Virus record (IMG/VR): IMGVR_UViG_3300049595_005065
DNA from: a virus
Taxonomy: Duplodnaviria; Caudoviricetes
Length of the DNA stretch: 64,000 bases
Reading direction: 5' to 3' (one strand)
This document shows positions 36,530 to 46,325 of the stretch, piece after piece. Position numbers and translations under genes: made by a program. Under the pieces are notes generated by a model. It was not told the DNA's origin. It saw only the letters and a list, made by a program, of their open reading frames with translations, and did no database searches. Position 1 is the stretch's first letter, and each line of letters starts with the position of its first letter.

Positions 36530-36711
36530 TGGAAAAGCAAGGAATCGTTGCGCCCCACGTAACCCCCGCCGAGGACGGTGATACGGCTAAAACCGCGGCG
36601 CAAATCAAGCGCTCGTGTGAAACTCCCGAGGCCGAACTCCAGGCCATCCGCGAGCTGGATGGCGATTTCCGCAAGGCTGCGGCCGAGGCGACCAAGAAGT
36701 CGCTTCGTTAA
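36526..36711 (+). CDS. Small hypothetical protein
   Basis: ATGA coupling; 61 aa. Confidence 0.55.
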   Translation: MMEKQGIVAPHVTPAEDGDTAKTAAQIKRSCETPEAELQAIRELDGDFRKAAAEATKKSLR

Positions 36712-36732
36712 CCTCAAGGACGAGGCGCTATT

Positions 36733-38667
36733 GTGATCACCCCCTCTGGCTCCGCCGGATTCGGCAATCTCGGTCGTGGCGCGCTGGCTGACGAGCGCTT
36801 TCCCGACCCGTTCTGCGACGTCGCCAGCCTGTCGATGCCCGAGAGCATCCAGGTCGCGCTGCGGTGGTGCGAATACATCATGAACGCCAACGGTGTCTAC
36901 CGGCAGGCGATCGACCGGGTGATCTCGTATTTCATCACCGACGTCGAGGTCGGGGATCTCGGCGAAAACACGATTGGCCGGGAAGAGAAAGAAAAGTACC
37001 GGGTGTTCATCGAGGAGACTTTGGGCATCAAGACGGTTCTCAAGGCCGTGGCGATGGACATGCTCACCTACGGGAACAGTTTCACCAGCCTAATCGTCCC
37101 GTTCCGCCGGTATCTCGCCTGCAAAAAGTGCGGCTTCGAGGCGCCGCTCAAGAAAGTCCACAGCTCACCGGCGTTCAACTTCAAGTGGGAAGAGTTCGAC
37201 TTCCACGCCACCTGCCCGAACTGCAAGTATTCGGGCAAGTTCAACCACATCGACCGTCGCGGCGGCAACGACGACGCCATCAAGGTCAAGCGCTGGAGCC
37301 CCCACGAGATCGACATTCTCTGGGACCCGTACTCCGAGGAATGCACCTACATCTGGAAGATCCCGGAGGACTACCGGAACCTGATCAAGGCCGGGCACCT
37401 GCACCACCTGGAGCATGCAAGCTGGGAGGTGATCCAGGCGATCAAGGACGGCAAGAACCTGATGTTCGACAAGGACGTCGTGTTCCATCTCCACGAGTAT
37501 GCGCTGGCTGGCATGCGCAACCGGGGTTGGGGCATTTCACGGATTCTTGTGAATTTCCGTCAGGCCTGGTACTTCCAGATTCTCCAGCGCTACAACGAGG
37601 CCATCGCGCTGGATTACGTCGTGCCTTTTCGCGTGATCACGCCCGGGCAGCGTAGCGGCGACCCAGCTTCCGGCGACCCGGTTCACACAATCAACCTCTC
37701 CAGCTTCGCCTCGCGCGTCCAGGCGATGCTCCGTGCACGCCGCGTCGACCCGGCCCGTTGGAACGTGCTCCCTTTCCCGGTCGAGTACCAGGCCCTGGGC
37801 GGCGATGCCAGCCAGCTCGCCCCCAAGGACCTTATCCAGCAGGCGATGGACACGCTCATGCAGTGCATCGGCATGCCGGTGGAGCTCATGAACGGCACGC
37901 TCAGCTTCCAGGCGGCTCCGGCGGCCCTGCGCCTGTTTGAGGCCAACTGGAGCCACCTGCCGCACAACCTGAACATTTTCTTGCGCAACCTAAGCCAGGT
38001 CCTCTCACGCGTTCAGTCATGGGAGCCGGTCTCGATCAAGTTGCAGCGGGTCACCCACGCCGACGACCTCAACCGCCAGATGGCCAAGCTCCAGCTTATG
38101 CAGGGCCAGATGGTCTCCAAGACCACGGGCCTCAAGAGCGTGGGCCTGGACTACGAGGAAGAGATCAAGCAGCAGCTCGAAGAGGAGCGGATCTACGCCG
38201 AGGCGCAGTCTCGCATGCAAAAAGAGATGGAGCAGGCCCAGAGCATGCAAGACCTGGCCACGCAGGCCGAGATGCTGCAGGGCGCGGGAAATCCCGGCGC
38301 GGGCGCCACCGGCATGCCGCCTGGCGCCGATCCTGCAACGGCGGGTGCAGCCCCTGGCGCGGCTCCCGGCATGGCCCCTGGCATGGGCGGCAGCCCGGTC
38401 GACCAGTTCATGCTGCAGCGGCAGAATTCGCCGAACATTCCGCGCACCCCCGAGGACATGCAGGCTCAGGCGCAGCTCCTGGCGCAGCAGATCCTCCAAC
38501 TTCCGGAAGCTCAGAAGGATTCGGAGCTAATCAAGCTCAAGCGATCCGACCCGACGACGCACGCGCTGGTGTCGAGCATCATCGACGATATCCGCCAGCA
38601 GGCGAAGACCCAGGGCGGCGCCATGCTGATGGCGCAGCAGTTTGGGCAGGGTCAGCCTCCTGGGTAA
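36733..38667 (+). CDS. Probable portal protein with Zn-ribbon insertion
   Basis: Portal-like C-terminal helix VSKTTGLKSVGLDYEEEIKQQLEEE; Gln/Gly/Pro-rich tail; CKKC...CPNC insertion. Confidence 0.6.
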   Translation: MITPSGSAGFGNLGRGALADERFPDPFCDVASLSMPESIQVALRWCEYIMNANGVYRQAIDRVISYFITDVEVGDLGENTIGREEKEKYRVFIEETLGIKTVLKAVAMDMLTYGNSFTSLIVPFRRYLACKKCGFEAPLKKVHSSPAFNFKWEEFDFHATCPNCKYSGKFNHIDRRGGNDDAIKVKRWSPHEIDILWDPYSEECTYIWKIPEDYRNLIKAGHLHHLEHASWEVIQAIKDGKNLMFDKDVVFHLHEYALAGMRNRGWGISRILVNFRQAWYFQILQRYNEAIALDYVVPFRVITPGQRSGDPASGDPVHTINLSSFASRVQAMLRARRVDPARWNVLPFPVEYQALGGDASQLAPKDLIQQAMDTLMQCIGMPVELMNGTLSFQAAPAALRLFEANWSHLPHNLNIFLRNLSQVLSRVQSWEPVSIKLQRVTHADDLNRQMAKLQLMQGQMVSKTTGLKSVGLDYEEEIKQQLEEERIYAEAQSRMQKEMEQAQSMQDLATQAEMLQGAGNPGAGATGMPPGADPATAGAAPGAAPGMAPGMGGSPVDQFMLQRQNSPNIPRTPEDMQAQAQLLAQQILQLPEAQKDSELIKLKRSDPTTHALVSSIIDDIRQQAKTQGGAMLMAQQFGQGQPPG

Positions 38668-38673
38668 CTCCTG

Positions 38674-39714
38674 ATGTGTGTTGGGATCTACACCCACTAC
38701 GCACACTGCGACCAGGCTTACCTTGCGGTGCGCCTTGTCTCGCTGTTGCGCACACTTGGCGAGCCCTTTGATATCTATTCGGACAACTCGCCCGGCAAGC
38801 TCAAGCTTCCCTACGACCGCTCGGTGAAGCACCGCGGGGTTGTCAAATACACCGACTGGGTCAAGAAGCGCCGCGCGGTGATCTGGACGCACGTGCCGCG
38901 GGTCGAGCAGATCGACTACGCCGCCCGTCGCGGTATTAAGACAATCGTGGTGCCCATGTGGCAGGAGATGCAACCGCCCTACAAAAAAGCGCTCAAGCAC
39001 GCCGACCACGTGATTGCCATGTTGAGCGAGTGCCGTGATTTGTTCATGGATGTGCACAAGCTCAATCATGTCTCGCTGATTCCGTTTGACACCGGGTTGC
39101 CAATAACCCGTAAGACCGAGTCGGTTAATCCCCGCAAGATTAGGCTGTTTCTGCCGTGGTTTGACCGGAACGCCCGATGTTCGTCAGGCCAATTTCTGGG
39201 CATGCTTGGTTACATCATTGAGCGCATGGAAGAGCCGCACCTCACGGTGGCCGTTAATTCAAGCCGGTTTGGTCCATCAGCCGCCAAATTTTTTCAGCGC
39301 CTAGGGGACCGCGTGAAGGGTCGTGTGACTCTAGTGCGCAACATTGCGCTGGTGCGGCGCTTTAACCTCTACACAAACGCTGATTTGACGATTTGGCCCG
39401 GGGAATGCGACAACTACGGCCTATGCGGGCTTTCCAGCCTGGCCGCAGGAACGCCCGTGCTCAGCCTGGCCCTTTCGCCCCAGACCGACTACCTCTACCA
39501 GGACGTCAACTCGGCCCTAGTCAAAACACGGGTCGATTACGATGATAATGGCGTTCCGCACGCGGTGCCGAACTACGAAAAGTTTGCCGCGGCGCTCCAG
39601 GAGCTGATTGCCGAACCGCGCCACATTAATTTGATGCAGAAGAAAGTGTCGTATAACCTGCCGTCGCGCAAGGAGGCGTTCGAGGGCGGGTGGCGCAAGC
39701 TTCTGGGTCTTTAA
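38674..39714 (+). CDS. GT-B fold (GT4-like) glycosyltransferase, divergent
   Basis: ADLTIWPGECDNYGLCGLSSLAAGTPVL corresponds to the ExF/YG..EA..G.PV region. Confidence 0.65.
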   Translation: MCVGIYTHYAHCDQAYLAVRLVSLLRTLGEPFDIYSDNSPGKLKLPYDRSVKHRGVVKYTDWVKKRRAVIWTHVPRVEQIDYAARRGIKTIVVPMWQEMQPPYKKALKHADHVIAMLSECRDLFMDVHKLNHVSLIPFDTGLPITRKTESVNPRKIRLFLPWFDRNARCSSGQFLGMLGYIIERMEEPHLTVAVNSSRFGPSAAKFFQRLGDRVKGRVTLVRNIALVRRFNLYTNADLTIWPGECDNYGLCGLSSLAAGTPVLSLALSPQTDYLYQDVNSALVKTRVDYDDNGVPHAVPNYEKFAAALQELIAEPRHINLMQKKVSYNLPSRKEAFEGGWRKLLGL

Positions 39715-39736
39715 CGAGCAGGCACAGGGAGGTGCC

Positions 39737-40474
39737 ATGAACGTCGATTTGCCAATTCAGGAAACCGTCGCTTTTGCCCGGGAGCATTACCAGGACAAAG
39801 CCTCAGTTTACGAAAAGACACTGCTGGATCATTCTCTTTCCGTGGCGCGCATGGCCGAAAAAATCGCAATTAAGCTCTACAGCGACGTGCGCAAGGACCT
39901 GATTTCTGACGAGACCCAAGAAAGCGTGGCAGTCATCGTGCACAGCGCCGTGCTCCACGACCTGATCAACGTCAGCCGCTGCGCCTTTGAGCAGATCGCC
40001 GAGCGCACCACCGTGCAGGTCGCCGCCACAGTGGCCGACCTGAGCCGGGACTTCCGCCTGGTCGAGACAAAGCGCGACATGGAATACCGGGGGCGGCTCA
40101 GCCAGAGCGGCGTCAAGGCGCAGATCGTGGCCACGGCCGACATCATCTGCACCACGATGGAAGTGCTCAAAATGCTCAAGGGGGAAGGCGTGACAGCCGT
40201 GCCCCGGGCCCGTAAGATTCTGATGCAGCTGGATGGGGACCTGCTGGCTATTACCGCCGCGTCGCGCTTCTACCAGCTGCGGCTTTACACGCACGCGGCC
40301 CGAAATCACTTGCATGATGCCAGCCAACTGATAAAAGAGTGCAAAGCCGAGGCACGCGCTGCGCGCCAGTTTGCCAGCACCTCGGCCCGCATCGCTGCCA
40401 AGCGCAGCGCCGAAGAGAAACCCGCGAAGGAGAAGCCCAGTGCCAAAAAGCGAACTCGTCGACGAGATCCGTGA
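39737..40474 (+). CDS. HD-domain protein resembling a RelA/SpoT hydrolase domain
   Basis: DHSLSVA; SAVLHDL; ATADI; lacks the ED motif. Confidence 0.6.
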   Translation: MNVDLPIQETVAFAREHYQDKASVYEKTLLDHSLSVARMAEKIAIKLYSDVRKDLISDETQESVAVIVHSAVLHDLINVSRCAFEQIAERTTVQVAATVADLSRDFRLVETKRDMEYRGRLSQSGVKAQIVATADIICTTMEVLKMLKGEGVTAVPRARKILMQLDGDLLAITAASRFYQLRLYTHAARNHLHDASQLIKECKAEARAARQFASTSARIAAKRSAEEKPAKEKPSAKKRTRRRDP

Positions 40475-40760
40475 AGACTTCATCAAGGCGCATCCGGACA
40501 CGGTTGCGCAGACGTTTAGCATCAACTACTTCTGCGCCTTCGTGATCGACTGGCTGGCCAAGCAGGGTATTCAGGGCATGGGCATGCAGGCCTCGGGCCT
40601 GGCTCTGCGATTGGCCGACGGGCGGCAGCTCGGGCTGATTGACACGGACAGCGCACCGATCACGGCCGACACGCCCTCGGTCGGCATCAACGCCATGCAC
40701 CGGGAAGACCCGCGCAGGATCTTGGGCGACTCGCCCAGCTTTGGCATCACTGGCCGATAG
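40440..40760 (+). CDS. Hypothetical protein
   Basis: AAGGAG RBS, GTG at 40440. Confidence 0.55.
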   Translation: MPKSELVDEIREDFIKAHPDTVAQTFSINYFCAFVIDWLAKQGIQGMGMQASGLALRLADGRQLGLIDTDSAPITADTPSVGINAMHREDPRRILGDSPSFGITGR

Positions 40761-40790
40761 ATATCTATTCACTTCCAACAAGGAGCCGCT

Positions 40791-41408
40791 GTGTTCGTCG
40801 TGTTCGAGGGAATCGACGGGGCTGGGAAAACCACCCAGGCCCGCATGTTGTACGAGCGCCTCAAGAGCGAGGGCGCGAAGGTCGAGCAGGTGGCCGACCC
40901 CGGCACGACCCAGATCGGCACGGCCATCCGGCAGATCCTGCTGCACAACGACGCGCCGATCAGCAATGCGGCCCAGATGCTCCTGTTCAGCGCCGCCCGG
41001 GCCGAGCTGGCGAACTACATCCGGGAGAAGCTCGCCGATAATTTCACAGTAATCTGTGATAGGTGGCTCCTCTCGACGCTCGTCTACCAGGGCGAGCTCA
41101 ACGGCATCGACCCGGAGTTCATCCTGAACGTCTTCCGGGAGACCTCCCACCTGATACCGGACATCTGCGTCCTCTTGGACATGCCAAGCGAGAACTCCGC
41201 CTTGCGCATCGGGAAGGGGCGCGACCGGTATGAACGGATCGACGCTGAGACCCGAACACGCATACGCCGGGCGTACATTCATCACTCCGGCAAGCGAGAG
41301 ATCTGCGAGCGGTTTTTCATGCTCGACGCCCTGCTGCTTCCCGACGAGGTCCATAAGCTCGTCTACAACGCGTATCAGTCCCGCAAATCGTCACCAGTCG
41401 CTGTCTAA
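40791..41408 (+). CDS. tmk: Thymidylate kinase
   Basis: FEGIDGAGKTTQ; VICDRW. Confidence 0.93.
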   Translation: MFVVFEGIDGAGKTTQARMLYERLKSEGAKVEQVADPGTTQIGTAIRQILLHNDAPISNAAQMLLFSAARAELANYIREKLADNFTVICDRWLLSTLVYQGELNGIDPEFILNVFRETSHLIPDICVLLDMPSENSALRIGKGRDRYERIDAETRTRIRRAYIHHSGKREICERFFMLDALLLPDEVHKLVYNAYQSRKSSPVAV

Positions 41409-41423
41409 ATAGGGAGCACAAAC

Positions 41424-41969
41424 ATGTCGATAGTGCCGGTTAGAAAGCCTATGAAGAATCAGCTCTATTTCGACTTTGCGCGGGACGAAAAACATAAGGG
41501 TCACAGTGCGGTAAACCGCAAACCGCGCATCCGGAAAAACCCGATCGCGCGCCACTTGAAGAACGCGCCGAAAACGTCAGAATGCGGTGACGAACTTCGC
41601 GATTTGTGCGTATTACTGCACGGACTCGCGAAGAAGCATGTCGCAGCCGCGAACTTTCACGACTTCAACCTAGTGGCACGCTGCACAAAGCTGCTGCAGA
41701 CACTGGGCGTATCGGTGGAAGCTCCCGCGGAGATGCAGGCCGCTGTCTCCTGTCAGGAGGCCGCGCTCATCACCAGCGCGCCGGAATACCGCCTGCTGCG
41801 CAGCCGCGCCATGGCCGGGCTCGCCACCGTAGCCGACCTGGCTGACCGCCTCCCCTCAAAGGGGAGCGCCGAATACCAGCGGGGCATGTGTGACGCCTAT
41901 GAACAGGCAAGCACCATCGCGATTCTGTTCCTGGAAGACCTGGAAAAGTTTGAGACCAGGGGAAAGTAA
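41424..41969 (+). CDS. Hypothetical protein
   Basis: GGGAG RBS. Confidence 0.6.
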   Translation: MSIVPVRKPMKNQLYFDFARDEKHKGHSAVNRKPRIRKNPIARHLKNAPKTSECGDELRDLCVLLHGLAKKHVAAANFHDFNLVARCTKLLQTLGVSVEAPAEMQAAVSCQEAALITSAPEYRLLRSRAMAGLATVADLADRLPSKGSAEYQRGMCDAYEQASTIAILFLEDLEKFETRGK

Positions 41970-41971
41970 CC

Positions 41972-42286
41972 GTGCCGATCGTAACCAACGAGTTAGATAT
42001 CTTTGAGCTGCGGAACGACGTTCCGGCGGCCAATGGCCAAGACCAGCCGACGATTTTGCTTGAGTCGGGAACCTGGAACACCAAGACGGGCGACGTGACG
42101 GGAATCTGCGTTTCGGTGTTCGGCGACTTGGCGCCGATCATCTCGCCGACCGAGGCCCGCAAGGTGGCTAAATGGCTCGTCCGGGCGGCCGAAGAGCTGG
42201 AAGGCGCTAACGGCCGCAAGGCCCGCCCTGGCTCGAAGCCGTCGCACTACGAGCTCGACGACGACGGCGACGGCGCCGTTCGATAG
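41972..42286 (+). CDS. Hypothetical protein
   Basis: GTG start following the upstream stop. Confidence 0.6.
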   Translation: MPIVTNELDIFELRNDVPAANGQDQPTILLESGTWNTKTGDVTGICVSVFGDLAPIISPTEARKVAKWLVRAAEELEGANGRKARPGSKPSHYELDDDGDGAVR

Positions 42287-42346
42287 CTTGACGACCGCGC
42301 GGTCCCGGAGATAATGCGGCATCTCGTTGTCTCCGGGAGCTAACCT

Positions 42347-42586
42347 GTGCTGACGCTTTCTTCTGCCGGGCTGTTCTTGTCCGGTTTTCTCACTGGTTTC
42401 CTGGCCTTCTGGCTGCGCTGGTACTTCCGGCCCAGCTGGGCTTCTGCTTTTCGGCGCCGAAAGCACTCGATGCGCCATCGGCAGGATTACCTGATTCGAA
42501 TCTCCGGCCGCGCGCGCCGCCAGATTCGCGGCCTGGGTTGTTACTACGGCCACCTCCCCAGGTTTTCTCGCCGCGAGTTTTTCTGA
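42347..42586 (+). CDS. Small membrane protein
   Basis: N-terminal hydrophobic helix, basic tail; coupled to tdk. Confidence 0.5.
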   Translation: MLTLSSAGLFLSGFLTGFLAFWLRWYFRPSWASAFRRRKHSMRHRQDYLIRISGRARRQIRGLGCYYGHLPRFSRREFF

Positions 42587-43167
42587 TGGCCAAGCTCTAC
42601 TTCCGCTACGGCACCGTCAACTCCGCCAAGACGCTCAACCTCCTGGCTGTGGCGCACAACTACCGTCAGCAGGGCAAGCGGGCGCTGCTGGTCAAACCAG
42701 AGCTCGACACCCGCTGGGGTCAGGAGTTCATCACGGCCCGGGCAGGCCTGCGCGAGAAGGCCGACGTCGTTTGCGCTCAGAACACGGTGATCACCTACGA
42801 CCAGCTTCTCGGCGTGGCTTGCGTCCTGGTCGATGAAGCGCAGTTCCTGCCGCTTTTCATCATCGAGCAGCTGGCCTACATCGCCCATCGCAACCCGGGC
42901 GTGCCGGTGATCTGCTACGGCCTGCGGACCGACTTCAAGACGAAGCTCTTCCCAGCGGCTGCCAGGCTGCTGGAGCTGGCCGACACAATCGAGGAGGTCA
43001 AGACCACTTGCGCCTACTGCAGCCGCAAGGCGATCTTCAACCTCAAGTTCGTCGACGGTAAACCAACCCGGGAAGGCCCGTCGGTCGAGCTAGGCGCCGA
43101 GGAGAAATACCAGCCTGCGTGCGCGATCTGCTTCGCCAAGGCGCACGAGAAGGACCATGGCGGCTGA
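42586..43167 (+). CDS. tdk: Thymidine kinase
   Basis: YGTVNSAKT; VDEAQF; YGLRTDF; CAYC..CAIC. Confidence 0.93.
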   Translation: MAKLYFRYGTVNSAKTLNLLAVAHNYRQQGKRALLVKPELDTRWGQEFITARAGLREKADVVCAQNTVITYDQLLGVACVLVDEAQFLPLFIIEQLAYIAHRNPGVPVICYGLRTDFKTKLFPAAARLLELADTIEEVKTTCAYCSRKAIFNLKFVDGKPTREGPSVELGAEEKYQPACAICFAKAHEKDHGG

Positions 43168-43606
43168 GCACGTCATCGCCGGGATCTGCGGCTTCACGAT
43201 CGCCATTGGGCTGGCGACCTACGCCTGTCGGCAGATCATCCAGGAGCACCTCGACCAGCGCGAACGAGAACGCCGTAGAGAGTACTGGAAACGGCATCAG
43301 CTGGAGCTTGAGGCCCAGTGGCGGCGCACTGATGCTGTCTACGCCGCACAGCGCCATACTCAGCCAACCATCACGCTGCCGCCCGAAGTACGGGTCAACG
43401 CCACGACCATCACGGGCCCGATCCAGCCAGCCATTCCAGTCGGCGCGCTCACCTTGGCGGTGCCCGCTAACTACTATCAGGGGCTTTCGCAATCCCGGGA
43501 TCAGCAGTCTGCCGCACCCCCAGTCGCGCCCATTGCGCCTCCGATACCTCCGCCTCATAATCCGGGACGCCGTCGGATTCTGCCCCTCAACGAGCCCGAA
43601 CCATGA
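43157..43606 (+). CDS. Membrane-anchored Pro-rich hypothetical protein
   Basis: N-terminal transmembrane segment. Confidence 0.6.
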   Translation: MAAEHVIAGICGFTIAIGLATYACRQIIQEHLDQRERERRREYWKRHQLELEAQWRRTDAVYAAQRHTQPTITLPPEVRVNATTITGPIQPAIPVGALTLAVPANYYQGLSQSRDQQSAAPPVAPIAPPIPPPHNPGRRRILPLNEPEP

Positions 43607-44013
43607 GCTGCAACAAGCCTAACTGCTGCAAGAAGAACAACCTGCCGCGCGAAGAAATGAACCTCGACGTCGGCGCCGTGGCGGCGGCTTTCACGCAGAT
43701 GCTCCAGGTCGCAAAAACCGGCGTGAACAACTTCCAGTGGGCGAGCGCTGAACTTGTGCAGCTGGCGCAGCTGATCGTAACCCTGGTGCGAAAGCCTGAG
43801 CCCGCCCCGGCGCCGGACGTCAGCGCCACGCACGACCAGCTCACGCTGCGCTTTGGCCCGCAGAACGCATATGCGCTCCACGTGCCCGCCGGAACCGAGA
43901 AACAGCGCAACGCCCTGATCACCCAGCTGCTCGCGGCCACCGTAACGCTCTCGACACCGCCCAATCCGCGCATGCAGAAGCTCAACCAGCTGCCGTTGCC
44001 GTTCTCGGAGTAA
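43603..44013 (+). CDS. Hypothetical protein
   Basis: Coupled ORF. Confidence 0.6.
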   Translation: MSCNKPNCCKKNNLPREEMNLDVGAVAAAFTQMLQVAKTGVNNFQWASAELVQLAQLIVTLVRKPEPAPAPDVSATHDQLTLRFGPQNAYALHVPAGTEKQRNALITQLLAATVTLSTPPNPRMQKLNQLPLPFSE

Positions 44014-44016
44014 AGC

Positions 44017-45189
44017 ATGTCCAAGCCCACGCTCCACCTGATCGGGATCTTCCACACGATCCACAACCTGGACTTCTCGCACTGCGCATTCACGGGCAAG
44101 GCCCTGCGCTTCGCGAAGATGCTCCAGGCTCAGGGCTACAACGTCGTCGAGTACGCCAACGAGGGAAGCCAGAGCGAAGCCCGCGAGAAGGTGGCCATGC
44201 TCTCGCGCGACGAGTATGACCAGCTGCTCGGCGACAAGCACGGCGGCACCAAGTTTCACGGCGACACGGCGCAGCTGCAGAGCCCCTGGCACAAGGCCTT
44301 CGAGGCCAAGCTGCTTCCGGCCCTCAAGGAACGCGTGCAGCGCCGCGACATCATCTGCCATCCGTTCGGCCACGCCCATGCCAGCGTGGTCGCCGCGTTC
44401 CAGGGCAACGTCCACGTCGAGACGGGGATCGGCTACAACACGCTTCTTCCCGGTGCGATGAAGATCTTCGAGAGTTACGCCTGGATGCACTACCACCAGG
44501 GCAAGGAGAACCGCTGGGGCAACAACTACGAGTGGGTCATCCCCAATTACTTCGACCTGGACGACTGGCAGCCCAGTTTCGAGCCGGGCAAGTACATCGC
44601 CTTCATGGGGCGCATCGGTAGCGCCAAGGGCCTGGACACGATCTTGGAGATTGCCAAGCGCGTGGATATCCCCGTGAAGGTCGCCGGGCAGGGCGACATG
44701 TCCGCCTGGCAACATCCCAATCTGGAGTACGTCGGCCCGCTCAAGGGCCGCGAGCGAAGCGACTTTATTCGCAATGCCTACTGCCAGCTCATGCCCACGG
44801 AGTTTGTTGAGCCTTTCGGCGGCTCGGGCGTTGAGGGGTTGCTCTGCGGGACGCCTCTAATCGCGCGAGACTTTGGCGCCTTCACCGAGACAGTCCAGCA
44901 GGGTTTCAACGGCTACCGCTGCCACGTGCTCAAGCAGTGGCTTGGCGCCATTCAGGCAGCTGGAAAACTCAATCGTAAAAAGATCGCCGAGGCAGCGCGG
45001 GCAAAGTACAGCCTGCAAAGTTGCGGCGTGCAGTATGACGTGGCGTTTCGCCAGATCGATGACCTGCACGAGGAGGGCTGGTACACCCTGCCCATCACCA
45101 GGGACGAAAACGCCAACGTGCCCTTCCGGGCGCCGATGGGTCCCGTGCTGCAGAACGTCACGATTCCCATCAAGACCACGAACGCCTGA
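44017..45189 (+). CDS. GT4-family glycosyltransferase
   Basis: FMGRIGSAKG; EPFGGSGVEGLLCGTPLI. Confidence 0.88.
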   Translation: MSKPTLHLIGIFHTIHNLDFSHCAFTGKALRFAKMLQAQGYNVVEYANEGSQSEAREKVAMLSRDEYDQLLGDKHGGTKFHGDTAQLQSPWHKAFEAKLLPALKERVQRRDIICHPFGHAHASVVAAFQGNVHVETGIGYNTLLPGAMKIFESYAWMHYHQGKENRWGNNYEWVIPNYFDLDDWQPSFEPGKYIAFMGRIGSAKGLDTILEIAKRVDIPVKVAGQGDMSAWQHPNLEYVGPLKGRERSDFIRNAYCQLMPTEFVEPFGGSGVEGLLCGTPLIARDFGAFTETVQQGFNGYRCHVLKQWLGAIQAAGKLNRKKIAEAARAKYSLQSCGVQYDVAFRQIDDLHEEGWYTLPITRDENANVPFRAPMGPVLQNVTIPIKTTNA

Positions 45190-45195
45190 CGCAGG

Positions 45196-45224
45196 GCTAA
45201 ACTGCGCGCGTTTTTCGGGCATAT
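45196..45224 (+). promoter_or_regulatory. Promoter-like motif GCTAAA-N16-GGCATAT, copy 2
   Basis: Exact bipartite match, intergenic. Confidence 0.65.
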
Positions 45225-45265
45225 TATCTGCTGCGTATGCTATTGCGCGGCAAACAGGAGGTGAC

Positions 45266-45778
45266 ATGAAAGTCTTGTCCTATGCCAAGGCGTGCGACGT
45301 TGTGGATTATTACAACGCTTCATACTGCACTCGCTTGGTCGCCGAGCAGGTCAAACTGCCTCGGCACGCTGTCTACGAAATCGTGGACTGGCTCTTCAAC
45401 CGCGAGTATCTTCGCGAAGTCGACCTGGCCAACATGGCGACGTCCAAGAAGCTCCTGCCGGAGCTCACCAAGGAGCGCTGGTGCGAGTATCTCTACTCGC
45501 ATGACGTGAGCGCCGAGGACGCGGCGCGCGCGCTTCTCTGGGACGTGCCGCGCGTGCTGGAAAGCTGCTGCGGACCAAAGGAATGGCGCAAGGCAAAAAA
45601 CCGCCAGCGCTGCTTTCGGAAAAAGCCGGAGAACGTGAAACCAAACTCGACCGAGGTCGACCCAACCGTCGAGGAGATCGCGCAGGCTGCCGAGACGGTT
45701 CGCAAGACCTGGAGCGAGAGTCGCTATGGCGGTTCTGCGCCTGTCACTGTGCATGAGTGGCACGATACGCGGCAGTGA
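45266..45778 (+). CDS. Hypothetical protein (possible HTH)
   Basis: AGGAGG RBS, ATG at 45266. Confidence 0.65.
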   Translation: MKVLSYAKACDVVDYYNASYCTRLVAEQVKLPRHAVYEIVDWLFNREYLREVDLANMATSKKLLPELTKERWCEYLYSHDVSAEDAARALLWDVPRVLESCCGPKEWRKAKNRQRCFRKKPENVKPNSTEVDPTVEEIAQAAETVRKTWSESRYGGSAPVTVHEWHDTRQ

Positions 45779-45805
45779 CGCCGTCTGTCGTTCTTCAAAA
45801 CAAAT

Positions 45806-45839
45806 AAACCCGCGGGCTTGGATGCTCGCGGGTTTTTTT
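45806..45839 (+). terminator. Intrinsic terminator
   Basis: CCCGCGGGC-TTGGAT-GCTCGCGGG followed by T7. Confidence 0.85.
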
Positions 45840-45904
45840 ATGGGCGAAACTCGTCGTTTCGTCGCGATGGCTGGGTTAGATATCTTTCCACGGAGGGGGA
45901 CATC

Positions 45905-46156
45905 ATGAATGTCGTGCTGGTGATTTTGTCGTTTCTGACAGCGTTGATCCCGATTGCGGACCGGGGCATGCAGCAGTGGCAAAGCAGGCAGGTCCAAACG
46001 GTGATGAAGCCCGTGCTCGCGCCCACGCCGCCAGAGGTTGGGCAGTCAAACGTTGTCTTCCGCAACGGCGAGTGGTGGAAGTACGAGCAGGGACAGTGGC
46101 TGGTGTGGCGGCAGAACTCTCAACTTGCGCAAGGAGGCGTCAATGTTGTTCGTTAA
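45905..46156 (+). CDS. Small secreted or membrane protein
   Basis: GGAGG RBS; signal-like N-terminus. Confidence 0.6.
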   Translation: MNVVLVILSFLTALIPIADRGMQQWQSRQVQTVMKPVLAPTPPEVGQSNVVFRNGEWWKYEQGQWLVWRQNSQLAQGGVNVVR

Positions 46157-46325
46157 GCATGCAATTGTTTCCTCCGCCGGGCTCTTCGGCGGGGTGTTCG
46201 GATACGTGTCGGCCGAGACAGACGCGTGGACTCTGGTGGGTGCCCTGGTCGGGATGTTTAGCGCCGCGCTCGTGGCGGACGTCCTGACCCAGCCTATGGA
46301 GGTTGATGAAGATGGCAATGATTGA
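46143..46325 (+). CDS. Small two-TM protein
   Basis: AAGGAGG RBS; two hydrophobic segments. Confidence 0.55.
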   Translation: MLFVKHAIVSSAGLFGGVFGYVSAETDAWTLVGALVGMFSAALVADVLTQPMEVDEDGND

